NCBI GenBank assembly: GCA_964016885.1
Contig: OZ024741.1
Coordinates: 235,166,001-235,230,000, forward strand
Direction of reading: 5' to 3'
From: Eledone cirrhosa
Taxonomy: Eukaryota
DNA: 64,000 nt
Made by a program: the position numbers and the translations under genes. Shown in pieces: positions 1 to 17,400 of the stretch. The notes beneath the pieces are model-generated. The model worked only from the letters and a program-made list of their open reading frames with translations, was not told the origin of the DNA and made no database searches. Every line of letters begins with the position of its first letter. Position 1 is the stretch's first letter.

Positions 1-780
1 CTTCCCCCCACCATCACCATCACCACCAACAACATCAACCTTCCCCCCACCATTACCACCACCAACAACATCAACCTACCCCCACCATCACCACCACCAC
101 CAACAACATCAACCTTCCCCCATCACCAACACCAACAACAACATCAACCTTCCCCCACCACCATCAACAACAACAACAACATCAACCTTCCCCCACCATC
201 ACCACCACCACCAACAACATCAACCTTCCCCCACCACCACCACCAACAACTACATCAACCTTCCCCCCACCATCACCACCACCAACAACAACATCAACCT
301 TCCCCCCACCATCATCACCACCAACATCATCAATCTTCCCCCACCATCACCACCAACATCAACCTTCCCCCACCATCACCACCAACAACAACAACATCAA
401 CCTTCCCCCCCACAATCACCACCACCACCAACAACATCAACCTTCCCCCACCATCACCACCACCAACAACAACATCAACATTCCCCCACCATCACCACCA
501 ACAACATCAACCTTCCCCCACCATCAGCACCACCACCAACAACAAAATCAACCTTCCCCCCACCATCACCACCACCAACAACAACATCAACCTTCCCCCC
601 ACCATTACCACCACCAACAACATCAACCTACCCCCACCATCACCACCACCACCAACAACATCAACCTTCCCCCATCACCAACACCAACAACAACATCAAC
701 CTTCCCCCACCACCATCAACAACAACAACAACATCAACCTTCCCCCACCATCACCACCACCACCAACAACATCAACCTAT

Positions 781-3700
781 CCCCACCACCACCAACAACA
801 ACTACATCAACCTTCCCCCCACCATCACCACCACCAACAACAACATCAACCTTCCCCCCACCATCATCACCACCAACATCATCAATCTTCCCCCACCATC
901 ACCACCAACATCAACCTTCCCCCACCATCACCACCAACAACAACAACATCAACCTTCCCCCCCACAATCACCACCACCAACAACAACATCAACCTTCCCC
1001 CACCATCACCACCACCAACAAAAACATCAACCTTCCCCCCACCATCACCACCACCAACAACAACATCAACCTTCCCCCCACCATTACCACCACCAACAAC
1101 ATCAACCTACCCCCACCATCACCACCACCACCAACAACATCAACCTTCCCCCATCACCAACACCAACAACAACATCAACCTTCCCCCACCACCATCAACA
1201 ACAACAACAACATCAACCTTCCCCCACCATCACCACCACCACCAACAACATCAACCTATCCCCACCACCACCAACAACAACTACATCAACCTTCCCCCCA
1301 CCATCACCACCACCAACAACAACATCAACCTTCCCCCCACCATCATCACCACCAACATCATCAATCTTCCCCCACCATCACCACCAACATCAACCTTCCC
1401 CCACCATCACCACCAACAACAACAACATCAACCTTCCCCCCCACAATCACCACCACCAACAACAACATCAACCTTCCCCCACCATCACCACCACCAACAA
1501 AAACATCAACCTTCCCTCCACCATCACCACCACCAACAACAACATTAACCTTCCGCCACCATCACCACCACCAACAACATCAACCTTCCCCACCATCACC
1601 ACCACCAACAACATCAACCTTCCCCCACCACCATCACCACCACCAACAACATAAACCGTCCCACCACCATCACCACCACCACCAACAACAACATCAACCT
1701 TTCCCCACCATCACCATCACCACCAACAACATCAACCTTCCTCCACCATCACCACCAACAACAACAACATCAACCTTCCCCCCACAATCACCATCTACAA
1801 CAACAACATCAACCTTCCCCCACCATCACCACCACCAACAACAACATCAACCTTCTCCCACCACCACCACCAACAACAACATCAACCTTCCCCCATCATC
1901 ACCACCACCAACAACATCAACCTTCCCCCACCATCACCACCAACAACATCAACCTACCCCCACCATCACCACCAACAACCTCAACAATCCCCCACCATCA
2001 CCACCACCAACAACAACATCAACCTTCCCCCCACAATCACCACCACCAACAACATCAACCTTCCCCGATCATCACCACCACCAACAACATCAACCTTCCC
2101 CCACCATGACCACCACCACCAACAACATCAACCGTCCCCCACTAACCACCAACAACTACATCAACCTTCCCCCCACCACCACCACCACCAACAACAACAT
2201 CAACCTTCCCCCCACCATCACCACCACCAACATCATCAATCTTCTCCCACCATCACCACCAACAACATCAACCTTCCCCCCACCATCACCACCAACAACA
2301 ACAACATCAACCTTCCCCCCACAATCACCACCACCAACAACATCAACCTTCCCCAAACATCACCACCACCAACAACATCAACCTTCCCCCACAATCAGCA
2401 CCACCACCACCAACAACATCAACCTTCCCCCACCATCAGCACCACCACCAACAACAACATCAACCTTCCCCCACCATCACCACCATCAACAACATCAACC
2501 TTTCCCCACCATCACCACAAACAACAACATCAACCTTCCGCCCCCACCACCATCACCAACAACAAAATCAACCTTCCCCCACCACCACCACCACCATCAA
2601 CAACAACATCAACCTTCCCCACCATCACCACCACCAACAACAACATCAACCTTCCCCCCACCATCACCACCACCAACAACAACATCAACCTTCCCCCACC
2701 ATCACCACCACCAACAACAACATCAACCTCCCCCCACCATCACCACCAACAACATCAACCTGCCCCCACCATCACCACCACCAACAACAACATCAACCTT
2801 TCCTCGTCACCACCATCACTACCTACAACAACATCAACCTTCCCCCACCATCACCACCACCAACAACAACATCAACCTCCCCCCACCACCACCACCAACA
2901 ACATCAACCTTCCCCCACCATCACCACCACCAACAACAACATCAAACTTAGCCCATCATCACCACCACCACCAACATCAACCTTCCCCCACCATCACCAC
3001 CACCAACAACAACATCAACCTTCCCCCACCATCACCACCACAACCAACAACATCAACCTTCTCCCACCATCACCACCACCAACAAAAACATGAACCTTCC
3101 CCCACCATCACCACCACCAACAACAACAACATCAACATTCCCCCACCATCACTACCATCAACAACATCAACCTTCCCCCACCATCAACACCACCAACAAC
3201 AACATCAAACTTCCCCCACCATCACCACCACCACCAACATCAACCTTCCCCCCACCATCACCACCAACAACAACATCAACCTTCCCCCCCACCATCACCA
3301 CCACCAACAACAACATCAACCTTCCCCCACCATCACCACCACCACCAACATCAACCTTCCCCCCACCATCACCACCAACAACAACATCAACCTTCCCCCC
3401 CACCATCACAACAACCAACAACAGCATCAACCTTCCCCTATCATCACCACCACCACCAACATCAACCTTCCCCCACCATCACCACCACCAACAACAACAT
3501 CAACCTTCCCCCACCATCACCACCACAACCAACAACATCAACCTTCTCCCACCATCACCACCACCAACAAAAACATGAACCTTCCCCCACCATCACCACC
3601 ACCAACAACAACAACATCAACATTCCCCCACCATCACTACCATCAACAACATCAACCTTCCCCCACCATCAACACCACCAACAACAACATCAAACTTCCC

Positions 3701-6700
3701 CCACCATCACCACCACCACCAACATCAACCTTCCCCCCACCATCACCACCAACAACAACATCAACCTTCCCCCCCACCATCACCACCACCAACAACAACA
3801 TCAACCTTCCCCCACCATCACCACCACCACCAACATCAACCTTCCCCCCACCATCACCACCAACAACAACATCAACCTTCCCCCCCACCATCACAACAAC
3901 CAACAACAGCATCAACCTTCCCCCATCATCACCACCACCACCAACAACATCAACCTTCCGCCACCATCACCACCACCAACAACATCAACCTTACCCCCAC
4001 CATCACCACCACCAACAACAACATCAACCTTCCCCCACCATCACCACCACCAACAACAACATCAACCTTTCCCCCACCACCACCACCAACAACTACATCA
4101 ACCTTCCCCCCACCATCACCACCACCAACAACATCAACCTTCCCCCACCATCACCACCACCAACAACAACATGAACCTCCCCCCACCACCACCACCAACA
4201 ACATCAACCTTCCCCCACCATCACCACCACCAACAACAACATCAAACTTACCCCATCATCACCACCACCACCAACATCAACCTTTCCCCACCATCATCAC
4301 CACCAACAACAACATCAACCTTCCGCCACCATCACCACCACCAACAACATCAACCTTACCCCCACCATCACCACCACCAACAACAACATCAACCTTCCCC
4401 CACCATCACCACCACCAACAACAACATCAACCTTTCCCCCACCACCACCACCAACAACTACATCAACCTTCCCCCCACCATCACCACCACCAACAACATC
4501 AACCATCCCCCACCATCACCACCACCACCAACAACATCAACATTCCCCCAACACCATCACAGCATCCAACAAAAACATCAACCTTCCCCCACCATCACCA
4601 CCACCACCAACAACATCAACCTTCCCCCACCACCACCACCAACAACTACATCAACCTTCCCCCACCATCACCACCACCACCAACAACATCAACATTCCCC
4701 CAACACCATCACAAAATCCAACAACAACATCAACCTGCCCCCACCATCACCATCACCACCAACAACAACATCAACCTTCCCCCACCACCACCACCAGCAG
4801 CAACAACAACATCAACCTTCCCCCCACCATCACCAACAACAACATCAACCTTCCCCCACCATCACCACCACCACCAACAACAACATCAACCTTCCCCCCA
4901 CCATCACCAACAACAACATCAACCTTCCCCCACCATCACCACCACCAACAACATCAACCTTCCCCCACCATCACCACCATCACCAACAACAACATCAACC
5001 TTCCCCCACCATCACCACCAACAACATCAACCTTCCCCCCACCATCACCAACAACAACATCAACCTTCCCCCACCATCACCACCACCAACAACATCAACC
5101 TTCCCCCACCATCATCACCACCACCAACAACAACATCAACCTTCCCCCACCATCACCACCAACAACAACATCAACCTTCCCCCCACCATCACCAACAACA
5201 ACATCAACCTTCCCCCACCATCACCACCACCAACAACAACATCAACCTTCCCCCACCATCACCACCACCAACAACAACATCAACCTTCCCCCCACCATCA
5301 CCAACAACATCATCAACCTTCCCCCACCATCACCACCACCAACAACAACATCAACCTTCCCCCACCATCACCACCACCAACAACATCAACCTTCCCCCCA
5401 CCATCACCACCACCACCAACAACATCAACCTTCCCCCACCATCACCACCACCACCAACAACATCAACCTTCCCCCACCATCACCACCACCAACAACAACA
5501 TCAACCTTTCCCCACCATCACCACCAACAACATCAACCTTCCCCCACCATCACCACCACCAACAACAACATCAACCTTCCCCCCACCATCACCACCACCA
5601 ACAACAACATCAACCTTCCCCCACCATCACCACCACCACCAACAACAACATCAACCTTCCCCCCACCATCACCATCAACAACAACAGCAAACTTCCCCCA
5701 CCATCACCACCACCACCAACAACAACATCAACCTTACCCCACCATCACCACCAACAACAACATCAACCTTCCCCCACCATCACCACCACCACCAACAACA
5801 ACATCAACCTTCCCCCCACCATCACCAACAACAACATCAACCTTTCCCCACCATCACCACCACCAACAACAACATCAACCTTCCCCCACCATCACCACCA
5901 CCAACAACATCAACCTTCCCCCACCATCACCACCACCAACAACAACATCAACCTTCCCCCCACCATCACCACCACCACCAACAACATCAACCTTCCCCCA
6001 CCATCACCACCGACAACATTAACCTTCCTCCACCATCACCACCACCAACAACAACATCAACCTTCCCCCACCATCACCACCACCAACAACATCAACCTTC
6101 CCCCACCACCACCAACAACAACTACATCAACCTTCCCCCCACCATCACCACCACCAACAACAACATCAACCTTCCCCCCACCATCATCACCACCAACATC
6201 ATCAATCTTCCCCCACCATCACCACCAACATCAACCTTCCCCCACCATCACCACCAACAACAACAACATCAACCTTCCCCCCACAATCACCACCACCAAC
6301 AACAACATCAACCTTCCCCCACCATCACCACCACCAACAAAAACATCAACCTTCCCCCCACCATCACCACCACCAACAACAACATCAACCTTCCCCCCAC
6401 CATTACCACCACCAACAACATCAACCTACCCCCACCATCACCACCACCACCAACAACATCAACCTTCCCCCATCACCAACACCAACAACAACATCAACCT
6501 TCCCCCACCACCATCAACAACAACAACAACATCAACCTTCCCCCACCATCACCACCACCACCAACAACATCAACCTATCCCCACCACCACCAACAACAAC
6601 TACATCAACCTTCCCCCCACCATCACCACCACCAACAACAACATCAACCTTCCCCCCACCATCATCACCACCAACATCATCAATCTTCCCCCACCATCAC

Positions 6701-9700
6701 CACCAACATCAACCTTCCCCCACCATCACCACCAACAACAACAACATCAACCTTCCCCCCCACAATCACCACCACCAACAACAACATCAACCTTCCCCCA
6801 CCATCACCACCACCAACAAAAACATCAACCTTCCCTCCACCATCACCACCACCAACAACAACATTAACCTTCCGCCACCATCACCACCACCAACAACATC
6901 AACCTTCCCCACCATCACCACCACCAACAACATCAACCTTCCCCCACCACCATCACCACCACCAACAACATAAACCGTCCCACCACCATCACCACCACCA
7001 CCAACAACAACATCAACCTTTCCCCACCATCACCATCACCACCAACAACATCAACCTTCCTCCACCATCACCACCAACAACAACAACATCAACCTTCCCC
7101 CCACAATCACCATCTACAACAACAACATCAACCTTCCCCCACCATCACCACCACCAACAACAACATCAACCTTCTCCCACCACCACCACCAACAACAACA
7201 TCAACCTTCCCCCATCATCACCACCACCAACAACATCAACCTTCCCCCACCATCACCACCAACAACATCAACCTACCCCCACCATCACCACCAACAACCT
7301 CAACAATCCCCCACCATCACCACCACCAACAACAACATCAACCTTCCCCCCACAATCACCACAACCAACAACATCAACCTTCCCCGATCATCACCACCAC
7401 CAACAACATCAACCTTCCCCCACCATGACCACCACCACCAACAACATCAACCGTCCCCCACTAACCACCAACAACTACATCAACCTTCCCCCCACCACCA
7501 CCACCACCAACAACAACATCAACCTTCCCCCCACCATCACCACCACCAACATCATCAATCTTCTCCCACCATCACCACCAACAACATCAACCTTCCCCCC
7601 ACCATCACCACCAACAACAACAACATCAACCTTCCCCCCACAATCACCACCACCAACAACATCAACCTTCCCCAAACATCACCACCACCAACAACATCAA
7701 CCTTCCCCCACAATCAGCACCACCACCACCAACAACATCAACCTTCCCCCACCATCAGCACCACCACCAACAACAACATCAACCTTCCCCCACCATCACC
7801 ACCATCAACAACATCAACCTTTCCCCACCATCACCACAAACAACAACATCAACCTTCCGCCCCCACCACCATCACCAACAACAAAATCAACCTTCCCCCA
7901 CCACCACCACCACCATCAACAACAACATCAACCTTCCCCACCATCACCACCACCAACAACAACATCAACCTTCCCCCCACCATCACCACCACCAACAACA
8001 ACATCAACCTTCCCCCACCATCACCACCACCAACAACAACATCAACCTCCCCCCACCATCACCACCAACAACATCAACCTGCCCCCACCATCACCACCAC
8101 CAACAACAACATCAACCTTTCCTCGTCACCACCATCACTACCTACAACAACATCAACCTTCCCCCACCATCACCACCACCAACAACAACATCAACCTCCC
8201 CCCACCACCACCACCAACAACATCAACCTTCCCCCACCATCACCACCACCAACAACAACATCAAACTTAGCCCATCATCACCACCACCACCAACATCAAC
8301 CTTCCCCCACCATCACCACCACCAACAACAACATCAACCTTCCCCCACCATCACCACCACAACCAACAACATCAACCTTCTCCCACCATCACCACCACCA
8401 ACAAAAACATGAACCTTCCCCCACCATCACCACCACCAACAACAACAACATCAACATTCCCCCACCATCACTACCATCAACAACATCAACCTTCCCCCAC
8501 CATCAACACCACCAACAACAACATCAAACTTCCCCCACCATCACCACCACCACCAACATCAACCTTCCCCCCACCATCACCACCAACAACAACATCAACC
8601 TTCCCCCCACCATCACCACCACCAACAACAACATCAACCTTCCCCCACCATCACCACCACCACCAACATCAACCTTCCCCCCACCATCACCACCAACAAC
8701 AACATCAACCTTCCCCCCCACCATCACAACAACCAACAACAGCATCAACCTTCCCCCATCATCACCACCACCACCAACATCAACCTTCCCCCACCATCAC
8801 CACCACCAACAACAACATCAACCTTCCCCCACCATCACCACCACAACCAACAACATCAACCTTCTCCCACCATCACCACCACCAACAAAAACATGAACCT
8901 TCCCCCACCATCACCACCACCAACAACAACAACATCAACATTCCCCCACCATCACTACCATCAACAACATCAACCTTCCCCCACCATCAACACCACCAAC
9001 AACAACATCAAACTTCCCCCACCATCACCACCACCACCAACATCAACCTTCCCCCCACCATCACCACCAACAACAACATCAACCTTCCCCCCCACCATCA
9101 CCACCACCAACAACAACATCAACCTTCCCCCAGCATCACCACCACCACCAACATCAACCTTCCCCCCACCATCACCACCAACAACAACATCAACCTTCCC
9201 CCCCACCATCACAACAACCAACAACAGCATCAACCTTCCCCCATCATCACCACCACCACCAACAACATCAACCTTCCGCCACCATCACCACCACCAACAA
9301 CATCAACCTTACCCCCACCATCACCACCACCAACAACAACATCAACCTTCCCCCACCATCACCACCACCAACAACAACATCAACCTTTCCCCCACCACCA
9401 CCACCAACAACTACATCAACCTTCCCCCCACCATCACCACCACCAACAACATCAACCTTCCCCCACCATCACCACCACCAACAACAACATGAACCTCCCC
9501 CCACCACCACCACCAACAACATCAACCTTCCCCCACCATCACCACCACCAACAACAACATCAAACTTACCCCATCATCACCACCACCACCAACATCAACC
9601 TTTCCCCACCATCATCACCACCAACAACAACATCAACCTTCCCCCACCACCACCACCAACAACTACATCAACCTTCCCCCCACCATCACCACCACCAACA

Positions 9701-11450
9701 ACAACATCAACCTTACCCCCACCATCACCACCACCAACAACAACATCAACCTTCCCCCACCATCACCACCACCAACAACAACATCAACCTTTCCCCCACC
9801 ACCACCACCAACAACTACATCAACCTTCCCCCCACCATCACCACCACCAACAACATCAACCATCCCCCACCATCACCACCACCACCAACAACATCAACAT
9901 TCCCCCAACACCATCACAGCATCCAACAAAAACATCAACCTTCCCCCACCATCACCACCACCACCAACAACATCAACCTTCCCCCACCACCATCACCAAC
10001 AACTACATCAACCTTCCCCCACCATCACCACCACCACCAACAACATCAACATTCCCCCAACACCATCACAAAATCCAACAACAACATCAACCTGCCCCCA
10101 CCATCACCATCACCACCAACAACAACATCAACCTTCCCCCACCACCACCACCAGCAGCAACAACAACATCAACCTTCCCCCCACCATCACCAACAACAAC
10201 ATCAACCTTCCCCCACCATCACCACCACCACCAACAACAACATCAACCTTCCCCCCACCATCACCAACAACAACATCAACCTTCCCCCACCATCACCACC
10301 ACCAACAACATCAACCTTCCCCCACCATCACCACCATCACCAACAACAACATCAACCTTCCCCCACCATCACCACCAACAACATCAACCTTCCCCCCACC
10401 ATCACCAACAACAACATCAACCTTCCCCCACCATCACCACCACCAACAACATCAACCTTCCCCCACCATCATCACCACCACCAACAACAACATCAACCTT
10501 CCCCCACCATCACCACCAACAACAACATCAACCTTCCCCCCACCATCACCAACAACAACATCAACCTTCCCCCACCATCACCACCACCAACAACAACATC
10601 AACCTTCCCCCACCATCACCACCACCAACAACAACATCAACCTTCCCCCCACCATCACCAACAACATCATCAACCTTCCCCCACCATCACCACCACCAAC
10701 AACAACATCAACCTTCCCCCACCATCACCACCACCAACAACATCAACCTTCCCCCCACCATCACCACCACCACCAACAACATCAACCTTCCCCCACCATC
10801 ACCACCACCACCAACAACATCAACCTTCCCCCACCATCACCACCACCACCAACAACATCAACCTTCCCCCACCATCACCACCACCAACAACAACATCAAC
10901 CTTCCCCCCACCATCACCACCACCAACAACAACATCAACCTTCCCCCACCATCACCACCACCACCAACAACAACATCAACCTTCCCCCCACCATCACCAT
11001 CAACAACAACAGCAAACTTCCCCCACCATCACCACCACCACCTACAACAACATCAACCTTACCCCACCATCACCACCAACAACAACATCAACCTTCCCCC
11101 ACCATCACCACCACCACCAACAACAACATCAACCTTCCCCCCACCATCACCAACAACAACATCAACCTTTCCCCACCATCACCACCACCAACAACAACAT
11201 CAACCTTCCCCCACCATCACCACCACCAACAACATCAACCTTCCCCCACCATCACCACCACCAACAACAACATCAACCTTCCCCCCACCATCACCACCAC
11301 CACCAACAACATCAACCTTCCCCCACCATCACCACCGACAACATTAACCTTCCTCCACCATCACCACCACCAACAACAACATCAACCTTCCCCCACCATC
11401 ACCACCACCAACAACATCAACCTTCCCCCCACCATCACCACCACCACCAA
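781..11450. repeat. Higher-order tandem duplication, period ~5.32 kb
   Basis: Identical 281-aa pseudo-ORFs at 2106 and 7425 (offset 5319). Rare variant units recur at about the same offset, e.g. cattaccacc 1082/6401 and cgacaacattaac 6011/11336. Boundaries are approximate. Confidence 0.85.
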
Positions 11451-14400
11451 CAACATCAACCTTCCCCCACCATCACCACCAACAACAACAACATCAACCT
11501 TCCCCACCATCACCACCACCAACAACATCAACCTTCCCCCACCATCACCACCACCAACAACAACATCAACCTTCCCCCCACCATCACCACCACCACCAAC
11601 AACATCAACCTTCCTCCAGCACCATCACCACCACCAACAACATCAAGCTTCCCCCCACCATCACCACCAACAACAACAACATCAACCTTCCCCCCACCAT
11701 CACCACCACCACCAACAACATCACCACCAACAACATCAACACCACCACCAACATCAACCTTCCCCCCACCATCACCACCAACAACAACAACATCAACATT
11801 CCCCCACGATCACCACCACCATCAACAACATAAACCTGCCCCCACCATCACCACCAGCAACATCATCAACCTGTCCCCACCATCACCATCACCAACAACA
11901 ACATCAACCTTTCCCCCACCATCACCACCACAACCAACAACAACATCAACCTTGCCCCCACCATCACCACCAACAACAACAACATCAACCTTCCCCCCAC
12001 CATCACCACCACCACCAACAACATCACCACCAACAACATCAACACCACCATCAACAACATCAACCTGTCCCCACCATCACCACCATCACCACCAACAACA
12101 ACAACATCAACATTCCCCCACGATCACCACCACCATCAACAACATAAACCTGCCCCCACCATCACCACCAGCAACATCATCAACCTGTCCCCACCATCAC
12201 CACCACAACCAACAACAACAGCAACCTTCCCCCACCATCACCACCAACAACATGAAACTTCCTCCACCATCACCACCACCTACGACAACATCAACCTTCC
12301 CCCACCATCACCACCACCAACAACATCAACCTTCCACCCACCGTCACCAACAACAACATCAACCTTCCCCCACCATCACCACCACCAACAACATCAACCT
12401 TCCCCCACCACATCACCACCACCAACAACATCAACCGTCCCCCCACCATCACCACCACCACCAACAACATCAACCGTCCCCCCACCATCACCACCACCAC
12501 CAACAACATCAACCTTTCCCCACCATCACCATCACCACCACCACCAACAACATCAACCTTCCCCCACCATCACCACCAACAACAACAACATCAACCTTCC
12601 CCCACCTCCGTCCCCACCACCAACAACATCAACCTTCTCCCACAACCACCACCACCAACAACAACATCAACCTTCCCCCACCATCACCACCAACAACAAC
12701 ATCAACCTTCCCCCACCATCACCACCACCAACAACAACTTCAACCTTACCCCCACACCACCACCAACAACAACATCAACCTTCCCCCCACCATCACCACC
12801 ACCAACAACATCAACCTTCCCCCACCATCACCACCACCACCGACAACATTAACCTTCCTCCACCACCATCACCACCACCAACAACATCAACCTTCCCCCA
12901 CCATCACCACCACCAACAACAACATCAACCTTCCCCCACCATCACCACCACCAACAACAACATCAACCTTCCCCCACCTCCGTCCCCACCACCAACAACA
13001 TCAACCTTCCCCCACCACCATCACCAACAACAACAACATCAACCTTCCCCCACCATCACCACCACCAACAACAACATCAACCTTCCCCCACCTCCACCAC
13101 CACCAACAACAACATCAACCTTCCCCCACCACCACCACCACCACCAACAACATCAACCTTCCCCCATCATCACCACCACCAACAACAACATCAACCTTCC
13201 CCCACCTCCACCACCATCACCAACAACATCAACCTTCCCCCATCATCACCACCACCAACAACAACATCAACCTTCCCCCACCTCCACCACCACCACCAAC
13301 AACATCAACCTTCCCCCATCATCACCACCACCAACAACAACATCAACCTTCCCCCACCTCCACCACCATCACCAACAACATCAACCTTCCCCCATCACCA
13401 TCACCAACAACATCAACCTTCCCCCACCATCACCACCACCAACAACAACATCAACCTTCCCCCCACCATCACTACCACCAACAACAACAACCTACCCCCA
13501 CCATCACCACCACCACGCACAACATCAACCTTCCCCCACCATCACCATCACCAACAACAACATCAACCTTCCCCCCGCCATCATGACAACCAACAACAAC
13601 ATCAACCTGCCCCCCACCATCATCACCACCAACAAGAACATCAACCTTCCCCCACCACCACCACCAACAAGAACATCAACCTTCCCCCATCACCACCACC
13701 ACCAAAAACATTAACCTTCCCCCACCACCACCATCACCACCAACAACAACAACATCAACCTTCCCCCACCCCCACCATCACCACCAACAACAACAACATC
13801 AACCTTCCCCCCACCATCACGACCACCAACAACAACATCAACCTTCCCCCCACCATCACCACCACCAACAACAACATCAACCTTCCCCCACCATCACCAC
13901 CACCAACAACAACATCAACCTTTCCCCCACCACCACCACCAACAACTACATCAACCTTCCCCCCACCATCACCACCACCAACAACATCAACCTTCCCCCA
14001 CCATCACCACCACCAACAACAACATGAACCTCCCCCCACCACCACCACCAACAACATCAACCTTCCCCCACCATCACCACCACCAACAACAACATCAAAC
14101 TTACCCCATCATCACCACCACCACCAACATCAACCTTTCCCCACCATCATCACCACCAACAACAACATCAACCTTCCCCCACCACCACCACCAACAACTA
14201 CATCAACCTTCCCCCCACCATCACCACCACCAACAACAACATCAACCTTACCCCCACCATCACCACCACCAACAACAACATCAACCTTCCCCCACCATCA
14301 CCACCACCAACAACAACATCAACCTTTCCCCCACCACCACCACCAACAACTACATCAACCTTCCCCCCACCATCACCACCACCAACAACATCAACCATCC

Positions 14401-17400
14401 CCCACCATCACCACCACCACCAACAACATCAACATTCCCCCAACACCATCACAGCATCCAACAAAAACATCAACCTTCCCCCACCATCACCACCACCACC
14501 AACAACATCAACCTTCCCCCACCACCATCACCAACAACTACATCAACCTTCCCCCACCATCACCACCACCACCAACAACATCAACATTCCCCCAACACCA
14601 TCACAAAATCCAACAACAACATCAACCTGCCCCCACCATCACCATCACCACCAACAACAACATCAACCTTCCCCCACCACCACCACCAGCAGCAACAACA
14701 ACATCAACCTTCCCCCCACCATCACCAACAACAACATCAACCTTCCCCCACCATCACCACCACCACCAACAACAACATCAACCTTCCCCCCACCATCACC
14801 AACAACAACATCAACCTTCCCCCACCATCACCACCACCAACAACATCAACCTTCCCCCACCATCACCACCATCACCAACAACAACATCAACCTTCCCCCA
14901 CCATCACCACCAACAACATCAACCTTCCCCCCACCATCACCAACAACAACATCAACCTTCCCCCACCATCACCACCACCAACAACATCAACCTTCCCCCA
15001 CCATCATCACCACCACCAACAACAACATCAACCTTCCCCCACCATCACCACCAACAACAACATCAACCTTCCCCCCACCATCACCAACAACAACATCAAC
15101 CTTCCCCCACCATCACCACCACCAACAACAACATCAACCTTCCCCCACCATCACCACCACCAACAACAACATCAACCTTCCCCCCACCATCACCAACAAC
15201 ATCATCAACCTTCCCCCACCATCACCACCACCAACAACAACATCAACCTTCCCCCACCATCACCACCACCAACAACATCAACCTTCCCCCCACCATCACC
15301 ACCACCACCAACAACATCAACCTTCCCCCACCATCACCACCACCACCAACAACATCAACCTTCCCCCACCATCACCACCACCACCAACAACATCAACCTT
15401 CCCCCACCATCACCACCACCAACAACAACATCAACCTTCCCCCCACCATCACCACCACCAACAACAACATCAACCTTCCCCCACCATCACCACCACCACC
15501 AACAACAACATCAACCTTCCCCCCACCATCACCATCAACAACAACAGCAAACTTCCCCCACCATCACCACCACCACCTACAACAACATCAACCTTACCCC
15601 ACCATCACCACCAACAACAACATCAACCTTCCCCCACCATCACCACCACCACCAACAACAACATCAACCTTCCCCCCACCATCACCAACAACAACATCAA
15701 CCTTTCCCCACCATCACCACCACCAACAACAACATCAACCTTCCCCCACCATCACCACCACCAACAACATCAACCTTCCCCCACCATCACCACCACCAAC
15801 AACAACATCAACCTTCCCCCCACCATCACCACCACCACCAACAACATCAACCTTCCCCCACCATCACCACCGACAACATTAACCTTCCTCCACCATCACC
15901 ACCACCAACAACAACATCAACCTTCCCCCACCATCACCACCACCAACAACATCAACCTTCCCCCCACCATCACCACCACCACCAACAACATCAACCTTCC
16001 CCCACCATCACCACCAACAACAACAACATCAACCTTCCCCACCATCACCACCACCAACAACATCAACCTTCCCCCACCATCACCACCACCAACAACAACA
16101 TCAACCTTCCCCCCACCATCACCACCACCACCAACAACATCAACCTTCCTCCAGCACCATCACCACCACCAACAACATCAAGCTTCCCCCCACCATCACC
16201 ACCAACAACAACAACATCAACCTTCCCCCCACCATCACCACCACCACCAACAACATCACCACCAACAACATCAACACCACCACCAACATCAACCTTCCCC
16301 CCACCATCACCACCAACAACAACAACATCAACATTCCCCCACGATCACCACCACCATCAACAACATAAACCTGCCCCCACCATCACCACCAGCAACATCA
16401 TCAACCTGTCCCCACCATCACCATCACCAACAACAACATCAACCTTTCCCCCACCATCACCACCACAACCAACAACAACATCAACCTTGCCCCCACCATC
16501 ACCACCAACAACAACAACATCAACCTTCCCCCCACCATCACCACCACCACCAACAACATCACCACCAACAACATCAACACCACCATCAACAACATCAACC
16601 TGTCCCCACCATCACCACCATCACCACCAACAACAACAACATCAACATTCCCCCACGATCACCACCACCATCAACAACATAAACCTGCCCCCACCATCAC
16701 CACCAGCAACATCATCAACCTGTCCCCACCATCACCACCACAACCAACAACAACAGCAACCTTCCCCCACCATCACCACCAACAACATGAAACTTCCTCC
16801 ACCATCACCACCACCTACGACAACATCAACCTTCCCCCACCATCACCACCACCAACAACATCAACCTTCCACCCACCGTCACCAACAACAACATCAACCT
16901 TCCCCCACCATCACCACCACCAACAACATCAACCTTCCCCCACCACATCACCACCACCAACAACATCAACCGTCCCCCCACCATCACCACCACCACCAAC
17001 AACATCAACCGTCCCCCCACCATCACCACCACCACCAACAACATCAACCTTTCCCCACCATCACCATCACCACCACCACCAACAACATCAACCTTCCCCC
17101 ACCATCACCACCAACAACAACAACATCAACCTTCCCCCACCTCCGTCCCCACCACCAACAACATCAACCTTCTCCCACAACCACCACCACCAACAACAAC
17201 ATCAACCTTCCCCCACCATCACCACCAACAACAACATCAACCTTCCCCCACCATCACCACCACCAACAACAACTTCAACCTTACCCCCACACCACCACCA
17301 ACAACAACATCAACCTTCCCCCCACCATCACCACCACCAACAACATCAACCTTCCCCCACCATCACCACCACCACCGACAACATTAACCTTCCTCCACCA